A stretch of DNA of 63,306 nt. Origin: Actinomycetota bacterium (GTDB taxonomy: Bacteria > Actinomycetota > Acidimicrobiia > IMCC26256 > VFJJ01). Position 1 is the stretch's first letter; every line of letters starts with the position of its first letter. The notes below the pieces were generated by a model that was not told where the DNA came from, did no database searches, and saw nothing but the letters and a program-made list of their open reading frames with translations. The position numbers were made by a program, and so were the translations under genes. This document shows positions 9,079 to 21,236 of the stretch, one piece after another. The stretch spans positions 1-63,306 of the forward strand of contig VFJJ01000019.1 of assembly GCA_009886115.1 (NCBI GenBank), read 5' to 3'.

Positions 9079-9253
9079 TCACTCCACGGGAGCCGCACCC
9101 CAACGATACAGACCCCCCCCCATCCGTTGTCAAGACATTTCTCGTACGATGCACGCCTCGGCACCGAGCGTTGAACTACCGCCCTTGGTTGTTCGACCAT
9201 CCTGGACGATCACGCGGGGGCGACACAGCAGCCGGTCGTGTCAGGATGGGTCC

Positions 9254-10468
9254 ATGAACGAGATCCCGCGCATCATCTCGGTCGACGACCATGTGGTCGA
9301 GCCGCCCGACCTGTGGACGTCACGGCTCCCGGCGAAGTACGCCGACCGGGGGCCACGGATCGTGAGGGCCAAGGCCCGTATGGAGTTCCGGGGCGGCAAC
9401 CTCACGTTCACCAAGAGCGACACCGACGGCGAGTGGTGCGACTGGTGGCTCTACGACGACCTCGAGTACCCGTTCAACCGGCTGTCGGCCGCGATCGGCT
9501 TCGAAGGTCTCGACAGCTCGCCGGTCACCTTCGACGAGATCCGGCCGGGCTGCTGGATCCAGTCCGAGCGATTGAAGGACATGGACGCCAACCATGTCGA
9601 GGCCTCGATCTGCTTCCCCAACGTGCTCCCGCGCTTTTGCGGGCAGACCTTCGCCGAGCGGCCCGACAAGGAGCTCGCGCTCCTGTGCGTGCAGGCGTAC
9701 AACGACTGGATGATCGACGAGTGGTGCGCCGGTGAGGGCAAGGGCCGCTTGATCCCCCTCACCATCGTCCCCCTGTGGGACGCCCACCTCGCGGCCGCCG
9801 AGATCCACCGCTGCGCCGCCAAGGGCAGCTTTGCCGTGGCCTTCTCCGAGAACCCGTCGCCGCTCGGGCTGCCGTCGATGCACGACAAGGACCGCTTCTG
9901 GGACCCGTTTCTCCAGGCCTGCGACGACACCGGCACCGTCGTCAACATGCACATCGGATCGTCGTCGCGCATGCCGGCCACATCGCCCGACGCGCCGTTC
10001 GCCGTCAGCTCGGTGCTCACGTTCTCGAACGCCCAGGGCAGCCTGTGCGACTGGATCATCAGCGGCACCCTGAGCCGCTTCCCGGGAATCAAGATCGCCT
10101 ACTCCGAGGGACAGGCCGGATGGGTGCCGTACATCCTCGAACGGGCCGACAAGCTGTGGGAGGAGCGAGGCCGTGATACGAGCTTCGGCATCAACCTCCC
10201 GCATCCGCCGTCGACCTACGTGCCGGGCCGGGTGTACTTCTGCATCTTCGACGACGAAGTGGGTCTGGCCAACCGTGACCGGATCGGCATGAGCCAGCTC
10301 ACCTACGAGGTCGACTACCCCCACGCCGACAGCACCTTCCCGCACTCGAAGGAAACCGCGACGCGCATCGTCGAGAAGGCGGGCCTGACCGACGCCGAGA
10401 TCTACCGGTTCCTGCGCGGCAACGCCATCGACCTCTACGGCCTCGGGCGCTACGGCATCACGAAGTAG
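9254..10468 (+). CDS. Amidohydrolase family protein (Amidohydro_2 type)
   Basis: ISVDDHVVEP, MHIGS and EVDYPHADSTFP motifs. Confidence 0.9.
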   Translation: MNEIPRIISVDDHVVEPPDLWTSRLPAKYADRGPRIVRAKARMEFRGGNLTFTKSDTDGEWCDWWLYDDLEYPFNRLSAAIGFEGLDSSPVTFDEIRPGCWIQSERLKDMDANHVEASICFPNVLPRFCGQTFAERPDKELALLCVQAYNDWMIDEWCAGEGKGRLIPLTIVPLWDAHLAAAEIHRCAAKGSFAVAFSENPSPLGLPSMHDKDRFWDPFLQACDDTGTVVNMHIGSSSRMPATSPDAPFAVSSVLTFSNAQGSLCDWIISGTLSRFPGIKIAYSEGQAGWVPYILERADKLWEERGRDTSFGINLPHPPSTYVPGRVYFCIFDDEVGLANRDRIGMSQLTYEVDYPHADSTFPHSKETATRIVEKAGLTDAEIYRFLRGNAIDLYGLGRYGITK

Positions 10469-10525
10469 CGAGGACCACCAGCGCGGCGCGCCGACACGCA
10501 GCCGCCGACACGCAGCCGCCGAAGG

Positions 10526-11713
10526 TCAGGCCGGCCGCAGCGCGGTCAGCTCGCGGGTGTTGTCGCGCAGGATGAGCTGCTGCGCGGCGTCGTCGAGCTT
10601 CACCAGCTCGCTCACGTAGTCGAGCGGCTCGGGCATGCCTTCGATGTGGGGCCAGTCGGAACCGAAGATCACCCGCTCGGGACCCATCAGGCGGACGATC
10701 TCGTTGACATCGTCCTCCCAGAACGGGTTGATCCAGATGTTCTTGCGGAAGGTCTCGACCGGGTGCTCACGGAACCAGCCCGGCATCTTGTTCTCGAGCG
10801 ACGCCAGCTTCTTGAACAGGTAGGCCAGGAAGTCGGATCCGTTCTCGACCGAGGCGATGCGCACGTTCGGGAAGCGGTCGAACAGCTTGTCGCAGATCAT
10901 CGCGGCGAGCATGTCCTGGATGGGGCGCTCCATCGAGGTGAGCCCGACCGGGTTCGGCGCCGCCGGCTGGTTGCCGAAGCTGGCCGAGAAGCCGTCGCGG
11001 CCGTAGCCGTGGCTCGTGTAGCCCGAGTCGCCGGCGTGCACGACGACCGTGACCCCGGCCTCGTTCACCCGGGCCCAGAACGGGTCCCAGTACCCCCGTG
11101 AGACCGGCTGGGGACCGTCGACGGTCTGGGGGACGGCCACGCGCATCACGACGACCCGGGCCCCGTGATCGAGGGCCCAGTCGAGCTCACGCACAGCGGA
11201 GTCACGTTGGGCCATGGCGATGTAGGGGGCGCAGAAGATCCGGTCCTGGTAGGCGAAGCCCCAGTCCTCGAGGAGGTACTGGTTGAACGCCCGGAACGTG
11301 ATCGACACGGCCTCGGGATCGTGCTTGAGCAGCTCCTCGTAGAGGATCCCCAGCGTCGGGAACAGCCACATGGCCTCGAGGCCCTGCTCGTCCATCACCC
11401 GGAGGCGGGCGTCGCGGTCTCGGTACTCCGGGCGGATGGGTTCACGCTCCTTGAGGTACTCGACGGGCGAGAGCTTGCGCGGGTTGCCGCGGAAGTACTC
11501 GTGGAGCACGCCCGCCTTGGCGACCGGGTCGAAGGTGGGGTTCACGACCGCGTGGCTGACCCGTCCCCCGACGACGTGGTACTTCCGGCCACCGATCTCC
11601 GCCCACTGCACGCATCGCGGGCCGAGCTTGGGATCGAGGTGGCGGGTGAACGCGTCGATCGCCTCGTAGTAGTGGTTGTCGGCATCGAACGCCAAGTAGT
11701 CGAGCGCTGTCAT
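10526..11713 (-). CDS. Amidohydrolase family protein
   Basis: FDADNHYYE, VVHAGDSG and FGSDWPHIEG; start at ATG 11713 after GGAGG. Confidence 0.9.
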   Translation of the reverse strand: MTALDYLAFDADNHYYEAIDAFTRHLDPKLGPRCVQWAEIGGRKYHVVGGRVSHAVVNPTFDPVAKAGVLHEYFRGNPRKLSPVEYLKEREPIRPEYRDRDARLRVMDEQGLEAMWLFPTLGILYEELLKHDPEAVSITFRAFNQYLLEDWGFAYQDRIFCAPYIAMAQRDSAVRELDWALDHGARVVVMRVAVPQTVDGPQPVSRGYWDPFWARVNEAGVTVVVHAGDSGYTSHGYGRDGFSASFGNQPAAPNPVGLTSMERPIQDMLAAMICDKLFDRFPNVRIASVENGSDFLAYLFKKLASLENKMPGWFREHPVETFRKNIWINPFWEDDVNEIVRLMGPERVIFGSDWPHIEGMPEPLDYVSELVKLDDAAQQLILRDNTRELTALRPA

Positions 11714-11815
11714 CGTCGCACCTCCGGTGGCGGTGAAAGGCGGTGACCTGCACCGTACCCGGTCGCCGGAGACCCGTCCGAACGACGGCGCTCGGGCGAG
11801 AGCCGGGGCCCGTTC

Positions 11816-12562
11816 GTGCGAATCGACGCGACCGGGCTTTGGTCTGCCGGCCGCCGTGTCGATGGAGCGGGCGTGACGATGACCTCGCCGGCCTCCACGC
11901 GCGTCCACCGACCCACAGACCTCGACGGTCGACCGCTCCCGAGCCTCGGCGAGATGCTGCGCCACGCCCTGCCGGCGATCGTGGAGGGCTCGCTCGCCCC
12001 GTTTGCCGTGTTCGTGATCACGATGCAGGTCGCAGGCCTGTGGGCGGCCCTGGTGGCGGCGTTGGTGTGCGCCTATGGTACCTGCGCCTGGCGTCTCGCG
12101 ACGCGGCGGCGGGTCTCGGGGATGCTCATGGTCAGCATGTCGATGCTGACCATCAAGACCCTGGTCGCAGCCAGTACGGGAAGCCTCACGGTGTACTTCG
12201 TCCCGCCGGTCGTCACCGCCGCCGCCACGGCGCTGGTCTTCTTCGTCTCGGCAGGGATCGGACGACCCCTGGCATGGAAGATCGCCAACGACTTCTGGGA
12301 GATCCCCGACGAGGCAATCGACGATCCCCGGGTCCAGCGCCTGTTCGTCCGCATGTCGATGATGTTCGGCGCCGTCTACCTGGCCAAGGGCGCCCTGACG
12401 GCGTGGCTGCTGCTCAGCATGCCGGCCGAGGACTTCGTCTTCCTGCGTGGGCTGTGCACCCTGGCCATGATGGGCTCGTCGGCCGTGGTCGCGATGCTGT
12501 GGGCCCGAGTGGAGTTCACCCGGATGTCACTCGAGGATTCCCTGGTGACGGTACGTCCTTGA
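11816..12562 (+). CDS. Integral membrane protein (VC0807/DUF3159-like)
   Basis: About six hydrophobic segments and S..GRPL motif; start uncertain, possibly 11879. Confidence 0.6.
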   Translation: MRIDATGLWSAGRRVDGAGVTMTSPASTRVHRPTDLDGRPLPSLGEMLRHALPAIVEGSLAPFAVFVITMQVAGLWAALVAALVCAYGTCAWRLATRRRVSGMLMVSMSMLTIKTLVAASTGSLTVYFVPPVVTAAATALVFFVSAGIGRPLAWKIANDFWEIPDEAIDDPRVQRLFVRMSMMFGAVYLAKGALTAWLLLSMPAEDFVFLRGLCTLAMMGSSAVVAMLWARVEFTRMSLEDSLVTVRP

Positions 12563-12573
12563 GCCCGAAACGA

Positions 12574-12600
12574 CCCTGACCCCCAACCTGAGGGTCAGGG
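12574..12600. terminator. Hairpin between convergent genes
   Basis: CCCTGACCC (12574-12582) pairs with GGGTCAGGG (12592-12600). Confidence 0.5.
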
Positions 12601-12612
12601 CAATCGGGCAGT

Positions 12613-13515
12613 TCAGGCCGGCACCGACCGGAGATGCCCGCGACCGCGTCGGGCCCGAGCCGTCTGCCCTGGAGCCTCGTCGAGGAACGAGTCGATGATC
12701 TCAGCCAGCGCCGCCCCGTCGTCGGCCAAGAGGAAGAGATGCCCTCCCTCGGGAACGACGAACAGGCGAGCGTCGGGGATCCGAGCCACGAGCACCTCGG
12801 AGTTCTCGATCGGGGCCGCCCGATCGCGCTCGCCGGCGATCACCAACGTGGTCTGCGTGATCTCGGGCAACCAGGCGAAGCTGGTGAACATCGCCATCGA
12901 GATTGCCTGGTACGAGTAACCGAGCGGGCTCGGCGGACGCTCCAGACGAGCTGCATCGGCCTCGCGATAGGTGTTGGAGGCCGGCTCGCCGAAGAGCCGC
13001 CGGCCCACGCGCTGGCCGAGCGGCGTGTAGTACCGGGCCGGGGTCAGCAGGGCGCCCAATGCCAACGGATGGGATTTCCAACCACCCCACCCCGCGGTAG
13101 CAGCGGCCAGCACGAGACGGCGGACACGGTGTGGCTCGCGCCGGGCCAACGCCTGAGCGGCCGCGCCACCGAAGGAATAGCCGAGCACGTCGACCTCGTC
13201 GATGCCGAGCACGTCGAGCGATGTCGCGATCATCCCGACGAGCCCCCCGATCGACACCGGGCTCGCCGGAGTCGACGATTCGCCGCAACCGGGAGCGTCG
13301 AACGCCAGGGTCGGCCGACCACCGAGCGCCCGGCGCAACGGACCCCACATCTCGATGTTCGCCCCGATCCCCCCGATCAGCAGGAGCGGACGACGGCCGT
13401 CGATGGAGCCGTGCAGCGACCAGCGCAGCCGCAACCCGTCGACCGACACGACCTCGGTGCTGTCGGCGCGAAACCGGCCCGAGGCCGTTGCCTGGGAGCG
13501 CGGCGTGGTCGTCAT
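12613..13515 (-). CDS. phaZ: Alpha/beta hydrolase, putative intracellular PHA depolymerase
   Basis: PLLLIGGIGANIE, FDAPG.GES, GYSFGG nucleophile elbow and GGHLFL; ATGA-coupled to phaC. Confidence 0.7.
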   Translation of the reverse strand: MTTTPRSQATASGRFRADSTEVVSVDGLRLRWSLHGSIDGRRPLLLIGGIGANIEMWGPLRRALGGRPTLAFDAPGCGESSTPASPVSIGGLVGMIATSLDVLGIDEVDVLGYSFGGAAAQALARREPHRVRRLVLAAATAGWGGWKSHPLALGALLTPARYYTPLGQRVGRRLFGEPASNTYREADAARLERPPSPLGYSYQAISMAMFTSFAWLPEITQTTLVIAGERDRAAPIENSEVLVARIPDARLFVVPEGGHLFLLADDGAALAEIIDSFLDEAPGQTARARRGRGHLRSVPA

Positions 13516-15233
13516 CCGAACACGTAGGTACCGGGCGCGGCGCCCGACGCCGGGTACTTCCGATTCCCGATCGACGGGGGCTTGGTGAGCTTGCCCGAAT
13601 GCTCCTGGGCCCACACGACCCAGTCGTTCCACCACGTGTCGCTCTTTTGGGTCGCGCCTGCCAGCCAGTCGGCACCCTCGAGCGGCGTGTCGTCATTGGT
13701 CCACAAGCGGACCTTCGGTCCGGGCGGGTTCACGATCCCGGCGATGTGCCCGGCGGTCGAGAGCACGAAGCGCTTCTCGCCCGGGAAGAGCATCATCGAA
13801 CGGTACGCGCCCTGCCACGGGACGATGTGGTCGTCGACGGCCGACACGCAGTAGACGGGATTCGGGATCTTCGAGACGAAGAGCCGTTCGCCCGCCAGCT
13901 CGAGCTCGTCTCGAGCCAAGGCGTTCTTGACGTAGCACTCACGCAGATAGAACGTGTGCATCTTCGCCGGCATGCGGGTGCTGTCGTTGTTCCATGCCAG
14001 CAGGTCGAAGGCCGGGGGGCTCTGACCCATGAGCCAATTGTCGACGACGTAGCGGAAGATGAGGTCGTTGGCCCGGAGGAGATCGAACGTGCGGGCCATG
14101 TCCTTGGCTTCGAGATAGCCCTTGCCCTCCATGCGCTTCGAGAGACCGTCGACGGTCTTCTTGTCGGAGAAGACCTCGCCCAGGGTGCCCGGCTCGGTGA
14201 AGTCGGAGAGCGAGTTCAGGTACGTCGAGGTGTGCACGACATCGTCGCCGGTGGCCTGCAGGTAGCCGAGCAGGGCGGTGTTCAGCGTGCCGCCGAGGCA
14301 GATGTTCAGCGTGTTGACCTTGTCGGCACCGGTGATCGAGCGGATCACGTCGATGGCCGCCCGCGGCCCACGCAGCATGTAATCGTCGAAACCGGTATCA
14401 CGCATGGTGGAGTCAGGATTGCGGTACGACAGGGCGAAGACCGTGAGGCCGTGCTGGACCGCCCACTCGACCAGGCTCTTCTGCGGCGCCAGGTCCATGA
14501 TGTAGTACTTGTTGATCCACGGCGGGCAGAACAAGAACGGGATCTCGTGCACCTGCTCGGTCTGGGCGCTGTACTGGATCAGCTCGATGAGCTCGTTGCG
14601 GTACACCACCCGACCCGGCGTCGCCGCCATGTTCTCGCCCAACGTGAACGGGCTGGTGTCGACCTGGCGGGGCCAGCCGCCGTTGGTACGCATGTCTTCG
14701 GTCATGAGCCTCAAGCCCGCCACGACGCTCGTCCCTCCGGTGTCGAAAGCCTTGCGGAGCGCCGACGGGTTGGTGAGGAGGCTGTTCGTCGGCGCGAGCG
14801 CGTCGCACAGCAGCTTGGCGGCATAGGCGGCTTTCGAGCCGGCCGGCTCGTCGAGCTCGGCTGCGTCGACGAACTCTCGAACGAAGCCGACCGTCGCCAG
14901 ATGGGCCTGCAGGAGCCCGTGGAAGATCGCGTTGCCTTCCCATGCGGCGTCGGTGAACCGCTTGTCCTTCGGGTCGACGGTGAAGGGGCCCGGAGCCTTG
15001 CCCCCGAGCAGACGCTCCAGCGTGTTCAGACCCGCGGCCGAGAGCCCCACACCGAGCCGGCCGACGAGCGGGAGGGCCCGACGGGGTCGGCGGGCCGTGG
15101 CCACGACCGCGCTGCCGAGCGAGCGCACGAGCGACACGGGGTCGGCGCGATTGAGCGCGATCTCGGCGATTCCCAGCCGATCTTCGAGCGGCTCAGGGAA
15201 CTCCTCGATGGCCTCTGCCGTGGAAATGCTCAC
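13512..15233 (-). CDS. phaC: Polyhydroxyalkanoate synthase
   Basis: [46 protein letters not shown] lipase box, W..D.TRMP, DHIVPW and [10 protein letters not shown]. Confidence 0.93.
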   Translation of the reverse strand: MSISTAEAIEEFPEPLEDRLGIAEIALNRADPVSLVRSLGSAVVATARRPRRALPLVGRLGVGLSAAGLNTLERLLGGKAPGPFTVDPKDKRFTDAAWEGNAIFHGLLQAHLATVGFVREFVDAAELDEPAGSKAAYAAKLLCDALAPTNSLLTNPSALRKAFDTGGTSVVAGLRLMTEDMRTNGGWPRQVDTSPFTLGENMAATPGRVVYRNELIELIQYSAQTEQVHEIPFLFCPPWINKYYIMDLAPQKSLVEWAVQHGLTVFALSYRNPDSTMRDTGFDDYMLRGPRAAIDVIRSITGADKVNTLNICLGGTLNTALLGYLQATGDDVVHTSTYLNSLSDFTEPGTLGEVFSDKKTVDGLSKRMEGKGYLEAKDMARTFDLLRANDLIFRYVVDNWLMGQSPPAFDLLAWNNDSTRMPAKMHTFYLRECYVKNALARDELELAGERLFVSKIPNPVYCVSAVDDHIVPWQGAYRSMMLFPGEKRFVLSTAGHIAGIVNPPGPKVRLWTNDDTPLEGADWLAGATQKSDTWWNDWVVWAQEHSGKLTKPPSIGNRKYPASGAAPGTYVFG

Positions 15234-15310
15234 TGAAAGGCCTCCTGGCTACCCGGTCGCGACGCTCTACCTTGCCATCCGAGAGCAAGGCCCCTGGAAC
15301 CGGTCGCCGC

Positions 15311-16063
15311 TCACATCTCGAGTCCACCGTTCATCGACAGCACCGCACCCGTCATGTAGCCCGATCGCTCGTCGAGCAAGAAGCGCACGGCGTGGGCGAT
15401 CTCTTCGGGAGTTCCCAAGCGCCGCATGGGTATCTTCTCAAGGATCCCCTCGAGGACCGCGGGCGGGACACCGGCAACCATGTCGGTGTCGATGAAACCG
15501 GGAGTCACACAGTTCACGGTGATTCCCCGGCGAGCGGTCTCCAGCGCCAGGCTCTTGGTGAGCCCGAACAGTCCCGACTTCGACGCCGCATAGTTGGCCT
15601 GGCCGATGTTGCCGCTCTCACCGATCACCGAGCTGATGTTGACGATCCGGCCCGACCCCCGTTCGAGCATGTGATCGAGCACCGCCTTGATCATGTAGAA
15701 GGTGCCCGAGAGGTTGATGCGCAGCACGGCGTGCCAGTCGTCGATCGTCATCCGTCTGACGGTTCGGTCGACGGTGACGCCCGCGTTGTTCACCAGGTGG
15801 TCGATACGGCCCTGCTGGTCGAGGACCTCGTCGACCACACGCTGACACTCTTCGGGAACTCCGACGTTGCCCTGGTGGATCGACACCGAGCAGCCCTCGT
15901 GGCTGAGTCGCTCGACGAGCGCCTGCGCTGCTGTCTTGTCGCGGGAGTACCCCGCTGCCACGTGGATCCCGTCACGGGCCAGCGCAACGCTGATCGCCTC
16001 TCCGATTCCCCTGGCGCCTCCAGTCACGATGGCCACCTTGGGCGTGTCCCTGTTTCCTGCCAT
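15311..16063 (-). CDS. phaB: Acetoacetyl-CoA reductase (PhaB/FabG-type SDR)
   Basis: [16 protein letters not shown] and GQANYAASK; directly upstream of phaC. Confidence 0.8.
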   Translation of the reverse strand: MAGNRDTPKVAIVTGGARGIGEAISVALARDGIHVAAGYSRDKTAAQALVERLSHEGCSVSIHQGNVGVPEECQRVVDEVLDQQGRIDHLVNNAGVTVDRTVRRMTIDDWHAVLRINLSGTFYMIKAVLDHMLERGSGRIVNISSVIGESGNIGQANYAASKSGLFGLTKSLALETARRGITVNCVTPGFIDTDMVAGVPPAVLEGILEKIPMRRLGTPEEIAHAVRFLLDERSGYMTGAVLSMNGGLEM

Positions 16064-16276
16064 ATCGCCTCTCTCGTTGCCTCTCTCGTCGCCGCTCGCC
16101 GCTCGCCGAAGCGGTCGATTCGAGTGTGCCACCGGTCACATCCGAGGACCAGCGCTCCAAGCGCTCCGCGTGCTCCCAGTGCTCCCCGTGCTTCACGGGG
16201 GCGGCACACTGTCGGGAGATCACCTGGTGATCGCCGGGTGACCGCCACGTGCAGCCGCTCTCTCCGAGGTGGACCA

Positions 16277-17914
<1,638 letters not shown>

Positions 17915-18069
17915 CCGCTTCTCGGCGTCGGTATCGGCTTCGGCGGGCGGCCGGTGTCGACGGGCAGTGGTCGTGCGTTCGATCGCATCTGATCGATTCC
18001 ACGACCGCTCCCCCCGCTGGCCTACCCGATGGCCGCCAGTCCGCCGCCGTTTCTCGGTTCACCCCGGCG

Positions 18070-19167
18070 TCACAACAACACCGAGCGGCCGGCTTCCCAG
18101 CGGCGGAGCACGAGGTAACCGCCTTCGAGGGCGCCGCGCTTCCAGTTGCCGAAGCCCATGATCGTGCCGGGCTCACCGAGCGCGGCGGGGATCTGCTTGA
18201 CCCGTTCGAGACCGACGCGCATCCCGGCCGGCGAGACCTCCGAGGCGTGGACGAGCGCGTTGGCGACGAGGCGGGCCATGTCGAAGTGGCCGGGATGCGA
18301 CGGGCCGACGGTCTCGCGGCCGGCCAACGCCGCCAGCCGTTGGAGCTCGGGGTTGGCCTCGTGGACGGCATCGACGTAGGCCCAGCCCTCGAAGTCGGCC
18401 GTCCAATCGGGATGCACATACCCGAACATCAAGGCGGAGTTGGTGATGACGGGCCAGGGACGTCCCCGCATCGCAACACCCAAGCCCCGTGACGAGAGGC
18501 CCAACCCGAAGTAGACCACGGCATCGATTCCCGCGCCGTCCGCCCCGCCCGCGAGCGCGTCGAGCCGGGCGACGGCCTCGGCGCCATCATCGCCGCTGGC
18601 CGAGAGCGGCACCACGGCGACGAGCTCCAGCCCGTAGATGGCGGCGGCGTCGTGGAGGAACTCGTTGTACTCGCGCCCGATGATCGACTGCTCCTCGACG
18701 ACAACGATGCGGCGCGCGCCCCGTGCTACGAGGTGACGGGCGATCACGTAGGCCTCTTCTTCGAGCGAGCCGATCTGGTAGTGGAACATCCAGTCGCTGC
18801 GAGTGCGTTGCGAGCCCGACCAGTTCAGATGGGGCAGGCGCAGCTCGTCGGCCGCCGCGGTGCAGGCGATGGCATTGTCGGAGATGGCCGGACCGATCAC
18901 CGCCACCACACCCTGAGCGGCGAGCGAGCGCGACGCCTCAGCGCACACGTCAGGCTCACCCCGCGGGTAGCCGGCCGCCTCGTGGTACACCAGCTCGACA
19001 TCGTCGAGACGGGCGATCGCCGCGGCCATGTCGGGACGGTGCTCGGCCGCTCCGGCCCAGACCCGCCGGGTGTCGTCGAACCCCAGGCGGAACAGGGCCA
19101 GCATCTCGGCGCCCCCGTCGGCCTGGGCCAGCTCGTACAGGATCCCGATGCGGATGCTCACCGTCAT
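18070..19167 (-). CDS. Branched-chain-amino-acid-type (Peripla_BP_6) ligand-binding protein with no obvious signal peptide
   Basis: IRIG N-terminal strand, GVVAVIGP...N; ATG at 19167 with a GAGGGAG RBS. Confidence 0.7.
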   Translation of the reverse strand: MTVSIRIGILYELAQADGGAEMLALFRLGFDDTRRVWAGAAEHRPDMAAAIARLDDVELVYHEAAGYPRGEPDVCAEASRSLAAQGVVAVIGPAISDNAIACTAAADELRLPHLNWSGSQRTRSDWMFHYQIGSLEEEAYVIARHLVARGARRIVVVEEQSIIGREYNEFLHDAAAIYGLELVAVVPLSASGDDGAEAVARLDALAGGADGAGIDAVVYFGLGLSSRGLGVAMRGRPWPVITNSALMFGYVHPDWTADFEGWAYVDAVHEANPELQRLAALAGRETVGPSHPGHFDMARLVANALVHASEVSPAGMRVGLERVKQIPAALGEPGTIMGFGNWKRGALEGGYLVLRRWEAGRSVLL

Positions 19168-19286
19168 ACTCCCTCGTGGTCGTGGTCGTGGTCGTGGTCG
19201 TGGCGTGGCGGGGCGGCAACCCTCGTTCTTTGTGTCCTCGGTCATCGCCGGCGCGGTCGTGGACGCAAAGAAGCGGGATCGTGCGC

Positions 19287-20078
19287 TCATCCATCGCTGG
19301 GCCAACACGGAGCGCGCTTCTCGACGAACGCCGCGATGCCCTCCTGCGCGTCGGCCGTCTGCGCGTTGTCGGCCATGATCCGCCGGGCGTAGGCGTAGGC
19401 GGAGACCTCGTCGAGCTCGACCTGGCGGTAGAAGGCTTCCTTGCCGATGCCCACGGTCTCTCCGCTCGCCGCCGTGATCGTCGCGACCAGATCGGCGACG
19501 GCGGCGTCGAGCTCGGGGACGGGCACGACCCGATTCACGAGGCCCCAGTCGGCAGCCGTGGCGGCCGAGATCGGGGTACCGGTCAGGAGCATCTCCAAGG
19601 CCCGCTTGCGGCCCACGGCTCGAGACAGCGCCACCATGGGCGTCGAGCAGAACAGGCCGATCTTCACGCCCGGCGTGGCGAAGGTGCTCCGATCGCTGGC
19701 GACCACGAGATCGCAGCTCGCCACGAGCTGGCAGCCAGCTGCGGTCGCGACCCCGTCGACCTTGGCGATCACCGGTTGGGGCACCCGGTGCATCGTCAGC
19801 ATCAGCTCGGTGCAGACCTCGAAGAGCCGGTCGTAGAAGCGATCGTCACGGCCGACCATCTCCTTCAGGTCGTGACCGGCCGAGAACGCCGGACCGCGCG
19901 CTTCGATGACGACCGTCCGCACGGTGCGATCGGGTCCCAGCCGGTCGAGCATGTCGATCAACGCCTGCATCGTCGCGAGTCCCAGGGCGTTGCGTCCCTT
20001 GGGGTTGTCGAGCACGACGACCGCCGTGGCGGCGTCGCGATGCACGGTCACCGACTCGGTCCCTGCTGGGTGCTCCAT
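19287..20078 (-). CDS. Enoyl-CoA hydratase/isomerase family protein
   Basis: FSAGHDLKE, PQPVIAKVDG.ATAAGCQLVASCDL and EGI.AF.EKR. Confidence 0.9.
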   Translation of the reverse strand: MEHPAGTESVTVHRDAATAVVVLDNPKGRNALGLATMQALIDMLDRLGPDRTVRTVVIEARGPAFSAGHDLKEMVGRDDRFYDRLFEVCTELMLTMHRVPQPVIAKVDGVATAAGCQLVASCDLVVASDRSTFATPGVKIGLFCSTPMVALSRAVGRKRALEMLLTGTPISAATAADWGLVNRVVPVPELDAAVADLVATITAASGETVGIGKEAFYRQVELDEVSAYAYARRIMADNAQTADAQEGIAAFVEKRAPCWPSDG

Positions 20079-20228
20079 GAACGCGAACCGTAGCGGCCGC
20101 GGCGAGCGCAGCGCTCGGGCCGTCCCCGTCGGGCACTGCCATACTGGTCGAGCCACGATCGGCCCTCGCGCCTGCTCGTGGGACACATCGCCAGCGCTCA
20201 CAGCGATCAGCAACTCCGAGGAGCCCGC

Positions 20229-21236
20229 ATGTCCGAGTCACGGGTGAGGATCTCAGGGCCGATCCTCGCGGCGGCGATCGCGGTCGGTGTCGCCCTCGCT
20301 GCCGCGGCCTCGGGAGGACCCTCCGAGAGCTCTTCGGCCAGCCCCCTCGCCGCCGGAGCGGGCGCAATCGGCGCAGCGACCACGAACAGCCCCGGCGTGG
20401 TGGCTCCTGCCGCCGACGCGACGAGTGTCCCGGGCGAAGCCATGGCGCCCGGAGCGATCCCGAGCTCCGTCACGGTCGTGCACGACCCCGGTCCGCCGTC
20501 CGACGTGGCTGTCGCCCGCGGAGACGTCTCGGTCGCCGACGACGGGCATTCCCACGACACCGGCACCGGTGCCGGCACCGCGACGGGAACCGGTGGCGGC
20601 TCCTCGAGCGCAGCCGCGGCCCCTGGCGAGATCGTCAACCCCGATCACCTCGCCGAAGAGCAGCCCGACCAGCCGCTCTCGCGGTCTACACGCGACGCGC
20701 TCGCAGCTGAGCTCGTCGCAGCCCGCGAGGCCGCGCTGAAGTATCCGACGGTCGCCGACGCGGTGGCTGCCGGTTTCGTCCAGGCCGGCGAGTTCGCTCC
20801 CGGCGCCGGGGCCCACTACGTGCTCATCGGTGATCGACCGGCCGCGTTCGACCCGGCCGATCCCGACACGTACATCTACGACGGGATCAGCCCGGACTCG
20901 CGTCTCGTCGGGCTCATGTGGACATCGCTGGGCGACGGCGGAGCACCGGAGGGCTTCTCGGGGCCGAACGACCACTGGCACCGGCACGCCAACGTCTGCG
21001 TCATCTTCCAAGGCGACGAGATCACGGTGCCCTTCCCGGCCGACAGCGACATCACCCGGGAGATGTGCGACGAGGTCGATGGACGCTTCATGGAGACGAC
21101 GACGTGGATGGTCCACGCCTGGGTCGTGCCCTCATGGGACAGCCCAAAGGGCGTCTTCTCGCACGACAACCCCAACGTGCGCTGCGCCGACAACACCCTG
21201 GAAACGAACGAAGCCGGGTTCTGCGAAGGCAGCTGA
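20229..21236 (+). CDS. Secreted hypothetical protein with a His/Cys-rich C-terminal domain
   Basis: N-terminal hydrophobic signal, low-complexity linker, then GAHYV, DHWHRHANVC and WMVHAWVVP. Confidence 0.65.
   Translation: MSESRVRISGPILAAAIAVGVALAAAASGGPSESSSASPLAAGAGAIGAATTNSPGVVAPAADATSVPGEAMAPGAIPSSVTVVHDPGPPSDVAVARGDVSVADDGHSHDTGTGAGTATGTGGGSSSAAAAPGEIVNPDHLAEEQPDQPLSRSTRDALAAELVAAREAALKYPTVADAVAAGFVQAGEFAPGAGAHYVLIGDRPAAFDPADPDTYIYDGISPDSRLVGLMWTSLGDGGAPEGFSGPNDHWHRHANVCVIFQGDEITVPFPADSDITREMCDEVDGRFMETTTWMVHAWVVPSWDSPKGVFSHDNPNVRCADNTLETNEAGFCEGS

Larger units (their letters stand above)
7140..9100 (+). mobile_element. Complete insertion sequence, ISKra4 family (Mutator-like, IS256-related), 1961 bp
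   Basis: IRL GGGTGCGGCTCTTCTGGAGTGAC (7140-7162) and IRR GTCACTCCACGGGAGCCGCACCC (9078-9100) match at 20/23. 9-bp TSD CAACGATAC at 7131-7139 and 9101-9109. Confidence 0.93.

Noticed and set aside
15272..16276. N-terminal ~335 aa of the 880-aa ORF 15272..17914
   Set aside because: Antisense shadow of phaB; fumarase similarity begins at the TTG at 16277.
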